Below are positions 33,042-43,474 of a stretch of 64,000 bases of DNA, piece by piece. The DNA comes from an uncultured Nitrososphaeraceae archaeon (GTDB taxonomy: Archaea > Thermoproteota > Nitrososphaeria > Nitrososphaerales > Nitrososphaeraceae). Under the pieces are notes generated by a model. That model ran no database searches, was not told the origin of the DNA, and saw only the letters and a list, made by a program, of their open reading frames with translations. Location of the stretch: positions 608,001 to 672,000 of the forward strand of contig CAVZZA010000005.1 in NCBI GenBank assembly GCA_963779615.1, written 5' to 3'. How positions within the stretch are numbered: the stretch's first letter is position 1; the number at the start of each line of letters is the position of its first letter. A program made the translations under genes and the position numbers.

Positions 33042-34034
33042 CTATTTTTGAAGGACAACCATTACCGAGGTTAACAATATGTTATAGTATTTTATAACGA
33101 TATGCGAATGGGTTCTTTTGTATTCCAAATCTAGTGTATCCCAGATTCTTGCCTCAGAATTGTAGTCTATAACTGTGTCCAAGGTGTTTGTCGTTATCCT
33201 CAAATCCAGGGGCTCCACAAGTTTTAGTTTATCCAACCTGTCAATCAGATCAGAATGTATTGTTCTTTTGTTGAAAAACTCGGGGTGCTCTTTGTCGTTG
33301 AGGATGTACTCTGTGGATATTACGGCAATACCCCCTGGCTTTAGCACCCTTTCTATTTCCCTCATGGCTTTTAGAGCTCCGGAGTGATTTTCCCCACCAA
33401 AGTGCTCAATTGAGGAAAATGAGAATGCGATGTCAAAACTCTCATCCGGAAAGTCCAGCTTTGCTCCGCTCATTCTCAACACCGTTAGCGCATCCTCTCT
33501 GTATGGGAATGGCGAGTATTTTTTGGGATCTTTAAGAAATTCAGAGGGTGCAGCTTGTTTCCATGATTCATCATCTTCATAAAGGTCTGTTGCGTAAACA
33601 CGGGATATTTTGTTTGCAAGGTAAAATGGAATTGGCTCGATGCCACTGCCGACCCCTATAGCAGTGCTTGATTCATTTATCTTGCCAAATCTTTTCATGG
33701 CTATTAGTCCAATGGCCCATTCCCAGTCTTTTCTGTGGATGAACCCCTGTGGGTTGAGTTTTTGCAATTCTGCCAGGGCATCCCTTACTTCAGGATTTTG
33801 CCAGTCCTCCACATAGCATAACCTGTTTAGCTTTGGCCTATCATCGGGATTTACATGGTAAGGTAAATTATTCCTTGTTTTCGACAGAAATTCTTCAATT
33901 TCTTTTTTATCAAATATTTTTCCATATTCCTCTATATTTTTCCATTTTCTAAAGTCCATGAGAATTGAAGGATGGCGCTTCATAGAATATAATTTTCCTT
34001 TTAAAGTCAAGGTAAACGGCAAATGTTGTAACAA
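33042..34034 (-). CDS. class I SAM-dependent methyltransferase (Methyltransf_11), paralogue 1
   Basis: IHRKDWEW, AIGVGSG, FDIAFSFSSIEHFGG, EIERVLKPGG. Confidence 0.9.
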   Translation of the reverse strand: MLQHLPFTLTLKGKLYSMKRHPSILMDFRKWKNIEEYGKIFDKKEIEEFLSKTRNNLPYHVNPDDRPKLNRLCYVEDWQNPEVRDALAELQKLNPQGFIHRKDWEWAIGLIAMKRFGKINESSTAIGVGSGIEPIPFYLANKISRVYATDLYEDDESWKQAAPSEFLKDPKKYSPFPYREDALTVLRMSGAKLDFPDESFDIAFSFSSIEHFGGENHSGALKAMREIERVLKPGGIAVISTEYILNDKEHPEFFNKRTIHSDLIDRLDKLKLVEPLDLRITTNTLDTVIDYNSEARIWDTLDLEYKRTHSHIVIKYYNILLTSVMVVLQK

Positions 34035-34861
34035 TTAATATTTATATTTTACCGTCATTTCTAACAACCCCGTGGCAGCATCTTGCCACGGTAAATGGAC
34101 GAAGTGGTTTTTGACCTGGCCCACAACATAATATTTTGAATTTTCCCACATTTAATGCAATATCTTTAAAGATGTAAGAAGATTTTTTTGCGCTGTATAT
34201 AGGTGTATGTGGTTGACAGATTAATCAAGCGTAAAGGTTGACCGTTGTAAGGATATGATAAGGTTCCCTTCGTTTTGATTTGTTATCCATATGCAATGTA
34301 GCGTTTTCCAACTTTGCGTCATTGTCAGAACCACTATTATAACGTCAATGCATTTTACAAAATTCTCATCATGTACATCTACAGACACTATCCATTGCTA
34401 TTCAGACAATCCACTGGATTTGATTTGTGAACCAAAGTGGCTTTATGAATATATTAGACGGGCATCACACTAAATAGCCATTAATAGTCTATAATTTGTG
34501 TTCTGAGCAATAAACAGGTATTATTATTACTCTTAACGAAAAGAGGCAAATAACTCTGAAAAGCAGCAGTGATTTTTTTAGATATTCCATTATAGGAAAG
34601 CAAAGATAGGACCCAAATTAGAAAAGCTGATGGCCATAAAGTTGTTCAGAAGCAATACGCAGATCTAATTCTGTGTTTTAAAAAAACAGTAAATTTGTCA
34701 GTTTTTAGGTAACATAGTTATTTTAGGAAATGATGCGCACATTTTAATTTGAGGCTGTTGTTTTTGTTTAACATTTCAAGCTCTAAAAATTTTACGCCTA
34801 CAGCACATAAAGTGATAAGGAACAATTGGTTTCTGGACTGAATTGTATTGCATTAAACGGT

Positions 34862-34990
34862 GATGGTGGTGGTGGTATCACGAAACAATATCAAGAACAT
34901 TACTTTTCCATGCAGGGTGATCCCTTCTCAATAGCAAAATAGATTTAGTTGCATGTTGTTTTGGCAGCAGGTTCTCCTTCATTAACAAAA
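34862..34990. repeat. intergenic ~130-bp imperfect direct repeat, copy B
   Basis: Matches 32792-32920; lies just 3' of the FkbM gene on the minus strand. Confidence 0.75.
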
Positions 34991-34994
34991 GCCT

Positions 34995-35924
34995 CTAGGT
35001 TGCCTTTTTTCGCTTTCTTGCCAACACATGCCTCCAATCTCCAGCCTCATTGCTTTTTTCAAACTCAATCTTAAAGTCAAAACCATAAATAAACTCCTTT
35101 ATGGGCTCGTACAGATGCGAACCATGGACTTCTATCAAAAGGGCAATGTTCTCGCTCCTGGACAGAACATTGGTTGCGCCCTTCAAAACCTCAAGCTCCG
35201 CCCCCTCGACATCTATCTTTACCCAGTTGACATCCTCCGCTTTCACCCCATTTTGCCGCAGCAGGTTGTCCAGTGTGTTTGCGTCCACCTCCACAAACTT
35301 TTCGCCACCTTTTCCCCCCCTATCGGTCATTACAGTATTGTATATGGTAAAGTCGGACTCTTGTGCCGGCAAATAGAGTTTTATTTTGGTCTCCTCCGAA
35401 AAAACAGCATAGTTTAGGGTTACCACGTTGTTCAGGTGATTTAGTTTTACATTGCGGTTGAGCATGTCAAAGTTTCCCCCATGCGCTTCAACGGCAATTA
35501 CTTTACCATTGGGACCAACGCGCATCGAACTTAATATGGTGTAATGGCCAATATGCGCACCAATGTCCACAACGGTATCGCCTTCTTCCGGAATAAAAAA
35601 TTTTATCAGGTCGTCCTCATGGCCTGTCATAAAGGTATAATCCTCATTGTTGATTCTGCAAAAGAATCGGTAGTTGTACTTTGGCACGTAGATTCTCAAT
35701 AAAACAAGGTTATGCAGATGCAGAAATCTCATAGACCTGTTCAAAAAGGAATTGAATCCGATCTGCCGGTTAATGTATAACCTGTCTCTTCTCTTCTTGC
35801 CTAAGGCTATTCGAAGCGTTAGCCTCATAATCAAATAAATGCCCTTTAAAAAATTTAGTACAAACTTGTCAGATAATGTCTCGCCCGTTGTTTCTCTTAA
35901 TAGCCGTGGAACAATGTTAGGCAT
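34995..35924 (-). CDS. FkbM family methyltransferase, paralogue 1
   Basis: VVDIGAHIG, VIAVEA, VKIDVEGAELEVLKGA, LLIEVH. Confidence 0.92.
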   Translation of the reverse strand: MPNIVPRLLRETTGETLSDKFVLNFLKGIYLIMRLTLRIALGKKRRDRLYINRQIGFNSFLNRSMRFLHLHNLVLLRIYVPKYNYRFFCRINNEDYTFMTGHEDDLIKFFIPEEGDTVVDIGAHIGHYTILSSMRVGPNGKVIAVEAHGGNFDMLNRNVKLNHLNNVVTLNYAVFSEETKIKLYLPAQESDFTIYNTVMTDRGGKGGEKFVEVDANTLDNLLRQNGVKAEDVNWVKIDVEGAELEVLKGATNVLSRSENIALLIEVHGSHLYEPIKEFIYGFDFKIEFEKSNEAGDWRHVLARKRKKAT

Positions 35925-36215
35925 TATGGAGCTCTATAAAAATAACAAAATTTAAAGGTTATAATCCCCTGTGTTTTGCCGTTTTAAAGAAAATCAAGTC
36001 AATTGGTTTCTGCATTGTATGATTTTTAAAAAAACTACATGTAAACTTAATCTGAAACCGGTATCGTGACTTGAGACGTAACAAATTTCAAAATCTTGAT
36101 GATAGTTATATAAAAGGATAAAGAACAATTGGTTTCTGGATTGTGTTGTTTTGGTGTTGAGGATTATGACAGTGACGAGGGTGGCAGCGATTGTTTTTCT
36201 AAAGTTAAGATTTGA

Positions 36216-37430
36216 GTGGAGAAAGCAACAATGAGGATATTAATGGTTTCTACCGAATATCCCCCCATGATCGGAGGGGTGGGCCGTTACACTGCCAATC
36301 TTGTGGCAGCCCTTAAAAAACGAGGAATGGAGGTTTTTGTCGTATGTGATAAATCGGGTAAAGGAGATTTTTTCGGCCTTTCGCCAAAAAATGCGCAAAA
36401 CTCAGAGACACTGTTAGAAACAGCCGATAAAGTCCATCCTGACATCATACATGTTCAGTTTGAGCCAGGGATGTATGGACTTGTAATAGATAGCATCAAC
36501 CCTTCAAAAACTATAACACATATCGACTCGTTTTATAAGAAAAGTGGTTACCCCATAGTTACCACGTTTCACACTCTCTATGACTTTAGGCAATGGATTA
36601 GTCAAGGCACGCACATAAAAAAGACAGGCAAGACAAAACAGTTTGGGATACCCCTTAGGTACCTCATCAGGCTTTGGAAATATTCCCTGAGTTACAGAAC
36701 ATTCCAAAACCAAAACAAAGAAAAGCTTGCCTTAAGCAAGGGGGGAATAGTATTTTCGCAATACGCCTCAAAACTGATTGGTGGTGGTGCAAAAGTAATA
36801 TATCACGGGGCGGAGCCGGCATTGGCCACAACCCCAAATAAATTGAAGGCAAGAAAATCGTTCTCCTTGCCGGGAGGCGAGGAAGGAGGAGGAGGAGGCG
36901 AAGGTGAAAACACTCGAATAGCATTGGCTCTTGGTTACAAAACATCAAACAAGGGCTGGGACATCCTTGGAAAGATTAGGCTGCCACAGGGATGGAAAAT
37001 AGTGATTAACTCATCCAAAAGCCACTATAACACGGAAAGCTACAGGATGGATGAGCTGTTGAGGACCAACAAGAGCATCATAGACATACAAAGGGGGTTC
37101 CTTTCCGAGGAGGAGCTTTCGGCGCTGTTCTACTCCGCGGACGCTGTTCTGCTTCCCTACAAGGTAACTGCCGGGTCTGGGGTGATGTTTGACGCCTTGG
37201 CCCACGGAGTGCCTTTTGTGGCGTCTGACTTGGGCTTCTTCAGGGAGTTTTCCGCCCTGGGGCTAGGCATATCCTCTAAAAGAACAGCTGATGGTTTTTC
37301 AAATGGGATTAAGCTGCTGGATAAAAATTATGATACCTATAAGGAGAAGGTTAACAATTTCAAGGGAGGGCTGTTGTGGGACTCTGTTGCCAAGCAGCAT
37401 GAGTCTTTATATCGTTCTTTGATACAGTAA
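36216..37430 (+). CDS. GT4 (GT-B) glycosyltransferase, paralogue A
   Basis: RILMVSTEYPPMIGGVGRYT, PIVTTFH, ADAVLLPY, SGVMFDALAHGVPFVASD. Confidence 0.92.
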   Translation: MEKATMRILMVSTEYPPMIGGVGRYTANLVAALKKRGMEVFVVCDKSGKGDFFGLSPKNAQNSETLLETADKVHPDIIHVQFEPGMYGLVIDSINPSKTITHIDSFYKKSGYPIVTTFHTLYDFRQWISQGTHIKKTGKTKQFGIPLRYLIRLWKYSLSYRTFQNQNKEKLALSKGGIVFSQYASKLIGGGAKVIYHGAEPALATTPNKLKARKSFSLPGGEEGGGGGEGENTRIALALGYKTSNKGWDILGKIRLPQGWKIVINSSKSHYNTESYRMDELLRTNKSIIDIQRGFLSEEELSALFYSADAVLLPYKVTAGSGVMFDALAHGVPFVASDLGFFREFSALGLGISSKRTADGFSNGIKLLDKNYDTYKEKVNNFKGGLLWDSVAKQHESLYRSLIQ

Positions 37431-37555
37431 ACTTGCAGTGCACAAAATCTGCGCTATGGCTACTGTGGCAGGCAAAGGACAGACAGACAGATTGATTGAT
37501 GGGGTCGTTAATGAATGAGTCCAAGGCTGGAAAATGTCTTTTGATATATTACTTA

Positions 37556-38487
37556 GAGCCTATCCCAAAATTCGATAGAATTATAGCTTGTTATAATCAC
37601 TGCTAAAGTGTGGCCTGTATCGGGAAGAAGGGCGATAAAAGGGATAATTGCACCATACTCAATATTCCAGATGAACTGTAGAAAAAGATTAGAATCATTT
37701 TGCCCAAAGAGAAACCACCTAAAACCGTTGGTCGTCCAACTGTTCCCTTCAGAAAGGTACTTGACGGTATCCATACATCCTAAGAACTGGATGCCAATGG
37801 AAGATGCTGCCTCCTGGGTATGGATCTGGCTCAACCTGCCATAGGCGATTTCAGGAGTGGATTAGACTTGGCATCTTTAGGAAAATATGGATAAGGCTGC
37901 TCAAAACTTATGATAACCTAATTGGTATCAAATGGACCGGGCAATCACTTGACAGCATATCGATAAAGTCGCCCTTAGGTGGGCGATGACAGGAAGCAAT
38001 CCCACCGACAGAAGCAAACTGGACAAAAAGACACATTTTAACGGATAAAAATGGCATACCCTGTCTGTTGTCATATCATCAGCAAGCACTCATGACATAA
38101 AGCTAGTAACAGATGTAATGGATAACATGCTTGTCAAGCGATCATCACCATCAACGAAATGCAATTCATCTAGAAAAAGAAAACTGCAAAACATATGCCT
38201 TGACAAAGCGTACAATTCCAAGACAGTAAAACAGGCCATAATCAAACGCGGCTATGTTCCCCACATACCTTACAAGAGAAACAGGGGCCAAAAAATAGAG
38301 GCGGTATGCCAAAAGAAGTATCCTGCCGCTAAAAACAAGCGATGGGTTGTAGAGAGAACAAACTCATGGCACAACAGATTCAGGAAGCTATTCACAAGAT
38401 ATGAAAAGAAGATGGAAAACTATCTTGGTTTGGTGCAGCTGCCATGCAGTATCATAATCTACAGAAAGATAATTTTGGGATAGGCGC
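37556..38487 (+). mobile_element. IS5 family insertion sequence (IS427/IS1031-like), transposase fragmented
   Basis: TIRs GAGCCTATCCCAAAATT / AATTTTGGGATAGGCGC (16/17); 3-bp TTA target duplication; fragments [52 protein letters not shown]. Confidence 0.9.
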
Positions 38488-39063
38488 TTAATTAATTATT
38501 GGCTGTTTGCAAAAGAAGTTTCCTCAAGTGGGCAACAGAAACACAAACCCCTTTACTAAAAAAAGGACATTATTTATTGTTCACCCCAAATGGCACAGTT
38601 GTGACCATGCGGACTGATTTTCCGAAGATAAAAAACTTTTATTCCAACACTATAAAAAAAACAAATATGCCAGGCCCTCTATTTTGTCATTCAATTAAAA
38701 ATGAAAAAAAAGTACATTAAAACAACATATTTTTTGCCAATTGTTTTAATCGAACATACCATTTAAATTAATTGCAGAAAAAAATAAAGTGGCGATGGGC
38801 TGTTGAAAAACGCCGTTATAGGTTAATGCATCACAATCCAACTAAAAAAAATATGATAAACATCAAACTAGGGGTAAAATTAGAGAAAAGCAACCAACAC
38901 ATTAAATGTTGATACGACAAGACCGTGATTCACTGCATTGTAAATTATATTTTATTAGTAAATGAATGAGTTGGTGAACGCTAAACAATCACAGAGTGCG
39001 TGATCAAATCATCCAAGTAAATATATACATACTGACACCCTTAACAAAGGAGAGAATAGAACA

Positions 39064-40026
39064 GTGAAAGAATTAATTTCGTGGTTGTTTAAGAAACCAG
39101 TGGGTGGAGTATTCCTTAATTTTGATAGATGTGTTTTGTTTATTTTAAGAATTAGTTATTTGATACAAAGAGTCGCTCTTTTGGTTTTTTTGGGAAGGAA
39201 AAAAAGAGATGACCTTTACTCTAAAGGAAGGTTTTCTTATTTTAAGGACTATTTCAGTCCATCTTTTTTTCTATCTTGTTTTTTTTTAAGGATTTTAAAA
39301 TTTTTGAAACTTGGAGACTTTAAACTTTTGAAAATGACTGTGCCCAAATACGATTACAAGGTATACTGTCCCGCCAACGGAGATGATTACCTGAATGTGA
39401 CAGTTCGTGAGGAAGAGATACTGGAGCAGTTTTCGCCTAAAGAAGGAGACGTCGTTGTGGATGTTGGTGCCCACATAGGACGGTATGCCCTCATAGGCTC
39501 AAAGCGGGTGGGTCCCACTGGAAAGGTAGTTGCCATTGAAGCCAATCCAGACAATTTCAACATGCTCAACCGCAATGTAAAACTAAACCAATTGACAAAC
39601 ATGCTAACCCTAAACTATGCGGTTTTTTCAGAGGAGACAAAGATTAAACTTTATGTTACAAGCGATAAACTGGACCCCACCATATACAACACAATACTTT
39701 TGAACAGGGCAATATACAAGGAAAAGTTTGTGGAGGTGGACGCAAACACACTGGACAACCTGCTGCGGCAAAATGGGGTGAAAGCGGAGGATGTCAACTG
39801 GGTAAAGATAGATGTCGAGGGGGCGGAGCTTGAGGTTTTGAAGGGCGCAACCAATGTCCTGTCCAGGAGCGAGAACATTGCACTTTTGATAGAAGTTCAT
39901 AATGTTGCCAATGGTTCTAATCTCTATAGTTCAATAATGGATTTGCTTGGCCATTACAATTTTAAAATTGAATTTGAAAGAACATATCCTTCAGGTGAGA
40001 AGCACGTTATTTTAAGGAAACTGTAG
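39064..40026 (+). CDS. FkbM family methyltransferase, paralogue 2
   Basis: VVDVGAHIGRY, VAIEANP, VKIDVEGAELEVL. Confidence 0.92.
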   Translation: MKELISWLFKKPVGGVFLNFDRCVLFILRISYLIQRVALLVFLGRKKRDDLYSKGRFSYFKDYFSPSFFLSCFFLRILKFLKLGDFKLLKMTVPKYDYKVYCPANGDDYLNVTVREEEILEQFSPKEGDVVVDVGAHIGRYALIGSKRVGPTGKVVAIEANPDNFNMLNRNVKLNQLTNMLTLNYAVFSEETKIKLYVTSDKLDPTIYNTILLNRAIYKEKFVEVDANTLDNLLRQNGVKAEDVNWVKIDVEGAELEVLKGATNVLSRSENIALLIEVHNVANGSNLYSSIMDLLGHYNFKIEFERTYPSGEKHVILRKL

Positions 40027-40738
40027 CTGTCGGTTTTTTTATGTGTAGATCCCCCTCTCAACAAACAAGGAAACTACCTGTTGCAGTATTTTTTTCATAA
40101 ACCCCAATTTTCTTTGTGCAAGGACGGTTCTTTATTTGCAGTATTTGATAAACCAGCACACTGCACTAATTCTGTAATGGCAATGTCAAAGAAAGAACCC
40201 TCAAGTCCGTCTTTTCAAAACCATTCGCATCAAGATGACTTGTCCTATCTGTCTTTGCGTTGCAAACTCAAAACATGGCAAAAAATGGCCGACCAATGCT
40301 GTGCATTTAGCGCAGTGATTTGTAGTTGTCTTCACGCAAAAAAGAGCCATCACAGGTTTTCAGCAGGGCAAATCGCGGTAGCATTTGCATCAGTAATACG
40401 GATTGTTGCCATATTTTTGCAGAACTCTTTGGTAAAAACATCAACAAAACTCATGCAACATCTCTGATGCATCCAGAAGGTGGGAGAGGGAGAGAGAACG
40501 ACGCCCAGATTGAAACAATGCCTCCAGTTACAAACCAGATGTGAACAACAAGTGGATCAAATGGAAAAACCAAAGAACACATAATGGTCCTTACGTATAT
40601 CACACAATACGAACTGTTGCATGGTTGGTTATTGCAATATGGTTCCGACATGGACCCCACTTGATTTAAGCCCAAAAGGATTGCGAGCATATAGAAATGT
40701 AGCAAAGATAAAATAAACTTGCAAAAGACCAACAAAAT

Positions 40739-41944
40739 ATGAAGATACTGATGGTGTCTGCACCATATCCTCCAATGCCTGGAGGAATAGCTCGCTATAC
40801 CCTAAATCTTACAAGAGAGCTTCGAAAATCAGGATCTGAGGTATATGTTGTTTGTGATGGCAAAGGCAATGGAGATTTTCCAATACTTTCTTCTACGAAT
40901 CAGCAGGAAAATTCAGACGCATTGCTAAATTTGATTGATGAGACAAAACCTCATGTTGTCCACATGCAGTTTGAGCCTGGCTTGTACGGGGCAACATTTG
41001 ACCAAAGGCATCCAAAAAAACTCAAGACAAGCATAGACAAGTTTTATCTTAAAAGCAAAGTTCCCATAGTAACAACCTTTCATGTCGGCCATCCCACGCT
41101 AAGTCAATGGATGAGGTCATTCTCTTTATCAAAAAAAGTGTTGTTTAAAAAAAGTGGCAGAACAGGGAAAGCGGGAGTTCCTGTGAGGGCATTGCTTAGG
41201 ATGTGGACCTACTCCCTGATGTACTATGCCATCAAAAACACAATCAAAGAGAAATTCAGGTTGAGCAAAGCCAACATAGTATTTTCACACTATCTTTCAA
41301 AGATGCTGGGTGGGGGACAGGTAATCTATCATGGAGCAGAGCCGTCAATATATCCTCATCCAGGCAAGGCAGAGGCAAGGAAAAAACTTTCAATCCCACT
41401 TGACAACAGCAATGCACAACGAATAGTTTTAGCCATTGGATATCGGTTGGACAGCAAGGGTTGGGACATCATAAAGAAACTAAAACTGCCTGACGGATGG
41501 AAATTATTGGTAAACACCTCAAAAGGATTTTCTGATGCGGAGGACCTTGTCCTTGACTGGGAGGGATCATCCGACATAATAGATCTGAAAAGAGGCTTTC
41601 TTGATGAAGAGGAACACTCCATGCTGTTCTATGCATCTGACGCAATGATACTGCCATACAAGCCAGAAGCTGGGCCATCGGGAACCCTTGTCGATGCTTT
41701 GGCTCATGGGATACCCTTCATTGCAACGGACTTGGGCTTCTTTAGGGAGTTTTCCGCCCAAGGGCTGGGCATAACGGTCAAAAGGAGCCCCCAAGAGTTT
41801 TCAAGGGGCATTGATAAATTGGAAAACAACTACCCCAAATATGTGGAAGCTGTTGATAGGTTCAAAAACAGGCTAAAGTGGAGCATTGTGGCTGAAGAGC
41901 ATGCCTCGGTATACTCCTCCATAACAGGTAACAAAAACACATAG
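40739..41944 (+). CDS. GT4 glycosyltransferase, paralogue B
   Basis: KILMVSAPYPPMPGGIARYT, PIVTTFH, SDAMILPY, DALAHGIPFIATD. Confidence 0.92.
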   Translation: MKILMVSAPYPPMPGGIARYTLNLTRELRKSGSEVYVVCDGKGNGDFPILSSTNQQENSDALLNLIDETKPHVVHMQFEPGLYGATFDQRHPKKLKTSIDKFYLKSKVPIVTTFHVGHPTLSQWMRSFSLSKKVLFKKSGRTGKAGVPVRALLRMWTYSLMYYAIKNTIKEKFRLSKANIVFSHYLSKMLGGGQVIYHGAEPSIYPHPGKAEARKKLSIPLDNSNAQRIVLAIGYRLDSKGWDIIKKLKLPDGWKLLVNTSKGFSDAEDLVLDWEGSSDIIDLKRGFLDEEEHSMLFYASDAMILPYKPEAGPSGTLVDALAHGIPFIATDLGFFREFSAQGLGITVKRSPQEFSRGIDKLENNYPKYVEAVDRFKNRLKWSIVAEEHASVYSSITGNKNT

Positions 41945-42253
41945 AGTGAGCCACCACCCTTTTACATCCTCTCCGCTTCACACCCTAACCTAACCATGAC
42001 GTCACGCAACTATTCGGATTGCAATACAAAATAAAACAACATAAAAGAAAAGAAAGGAAAAGAAGCACTAAAAACCATTTAAAAAAACATTGCTGGCTAG
42101 AGTTTGTGACTTTTTTAGGTAAAAATCACTTTCTATTTGGCCACCTGTTTTTTTAACAAAAGGGTGTGGTCCTGTGGAATTCGACAGTTTCAAACTACTT
42201 TTATATTGTGTAGGTTTTGTATTTGAAAAAGTGCAGAAAGGAGAGAAATACTA

Positions 42254-43438
42254 GTGCGGGTGTTGATGGTGTCCACAGAATATCCCCCCATCACCGGAGG
42301 AGTAGGTCGATACACCGAAAAACTTACAAAGTCTCTTAGGAAACTGGGCATAGACGTTTATGTGGCTTGCAATGATGCAGGAAAGGGCGACTTCTCTGGC
42401 CTCTCTCCACAAAACGACCAAAATTCCCAGGTTCTCCTTAAAATAGTTGACAACATCAAACCCGATCTTGTCCATATCCAGTACGAGCCAGGGATGTATG
42501 GCGCGTCAAAAAACCCTAAAAACCTCAGAAGCAGCGGTGAAACCTACATAGACTTGTTCTACAAGAGATGCCCAGCTCCGATAGTTACAACCTACCACAC
42601 CGCTTTTACACTCAAGCAATGGCTGAGCCAGGCAGAGCTTATAAAAAAGGGCGGAAAGACAAAACAGCTTGGAATACCCCCAAGATTTCTGATACGCCTC
42701 TTCAAGTATTCTTTGATCTACAGGGCATTCCAAAACCAAAACAAAGAAAAGCTTGCCCTAAGCAAGGAGGGAATAGTATTTTCGCGATACACATCAAGGC
42801 TGATTGGAGGCGGTGGTGCAAAGGTAATCTATCACGGGGCAGAGCCGGCACTGGCCACAATCCCAAGCAAAAGGGAGGCAAGAAAGTCGTTCTCCCTGCC
42901 AGAGGAGCAAGATACTAAAATAGCCTTGGCCATGGGCTTTAAAAACGTAAGCAAAGGATGGGACATTCTTTCCAAAATCACCGTTCCGGAGGGATGGAAA
43001 ATAGCGATCAACTCCTCCAAAAGGCATTACGACATCAAGAATTACGACATTGATCCAGTGCTAAGAGATAGCAAGAACATCATAGACATACAAAGGGGGT
43101 TTCTTTCCGAGGAGGAGCTTTCGACGCTGTTTTACTCCGCAGACGCTGTTCTGCTTCCCTACAAGGTAACTGCCGGGTCTGGGGTGATGTTTGACGCTTT
43201 GGCCCACGGAGTGCCGTTTGTGGCGTCTGACTTGGGCTTCTTCAGGGAATTTTCCGCCATGGGGCTAGGCACAACTTCCAAAAGAGAACCTGGCGACTTT
43301 TCAAACGCCATCAAAAGGCTTGACAATGATTATGACGATTACGTTAAAAGGGTGGCAGACTTTAAACAAAAGCTGTCATGGGACTCTGTTGCCAGGCAGC
43401 ATCAATCTGTATACACTGCCGCTGCCGCTGCTGCTTAA
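42254..43438 (+). CDS. GT4 glycosyltransferase, paralogue C
   Basis: RVLMVSTEYPPITGGVGRYT; C-terminal half nearly identical to paralogue A. Confidence 0.92.
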   Translation: MRVLMVSTEYPPITGGVGRYTEKLTKSLRKLGIDVYVACNDAGKGDFSGLSPQNDQNSQVLLKIVDNIKPDLVHIQYEPGMYGASKNPKNLRSSGETYIDLFYKRCPAPIVTTYHTAFTLKQWLSQAELIKKGGKTKQLGIPPRFLIRLFKYSLIYRAFQNQNKEKLALSKEGIVFSRYTSRLIGGGGAKVIYHGAEPALATIPSKREARKSFSLPEEQDTKIALAMGFKNVSKGWDILSKITVPEGWKIAINSSKRHYDIKNYDIDPVLRDSKNIIDIQRGFLSEEELSTLFYSADAVLLPYKVTAGSGVMFDALAHGVPFVASDLGFFREFSAMGLGTTSKREPGDFSNAIKRLDNDYDDYVKRVADFKQKLSWDSVARQHQSVYTAAAAAA

Positions 43439-43474
43439 TTTTCAGGCCAATGGTCAAAATGGTGGGAGTTTAAC

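Noticed and set aside
40081-40735. ORFs between FkbM-2 and GT4-B
   Set aside because: No domain signal and conflicting frames; treated as intergenic.
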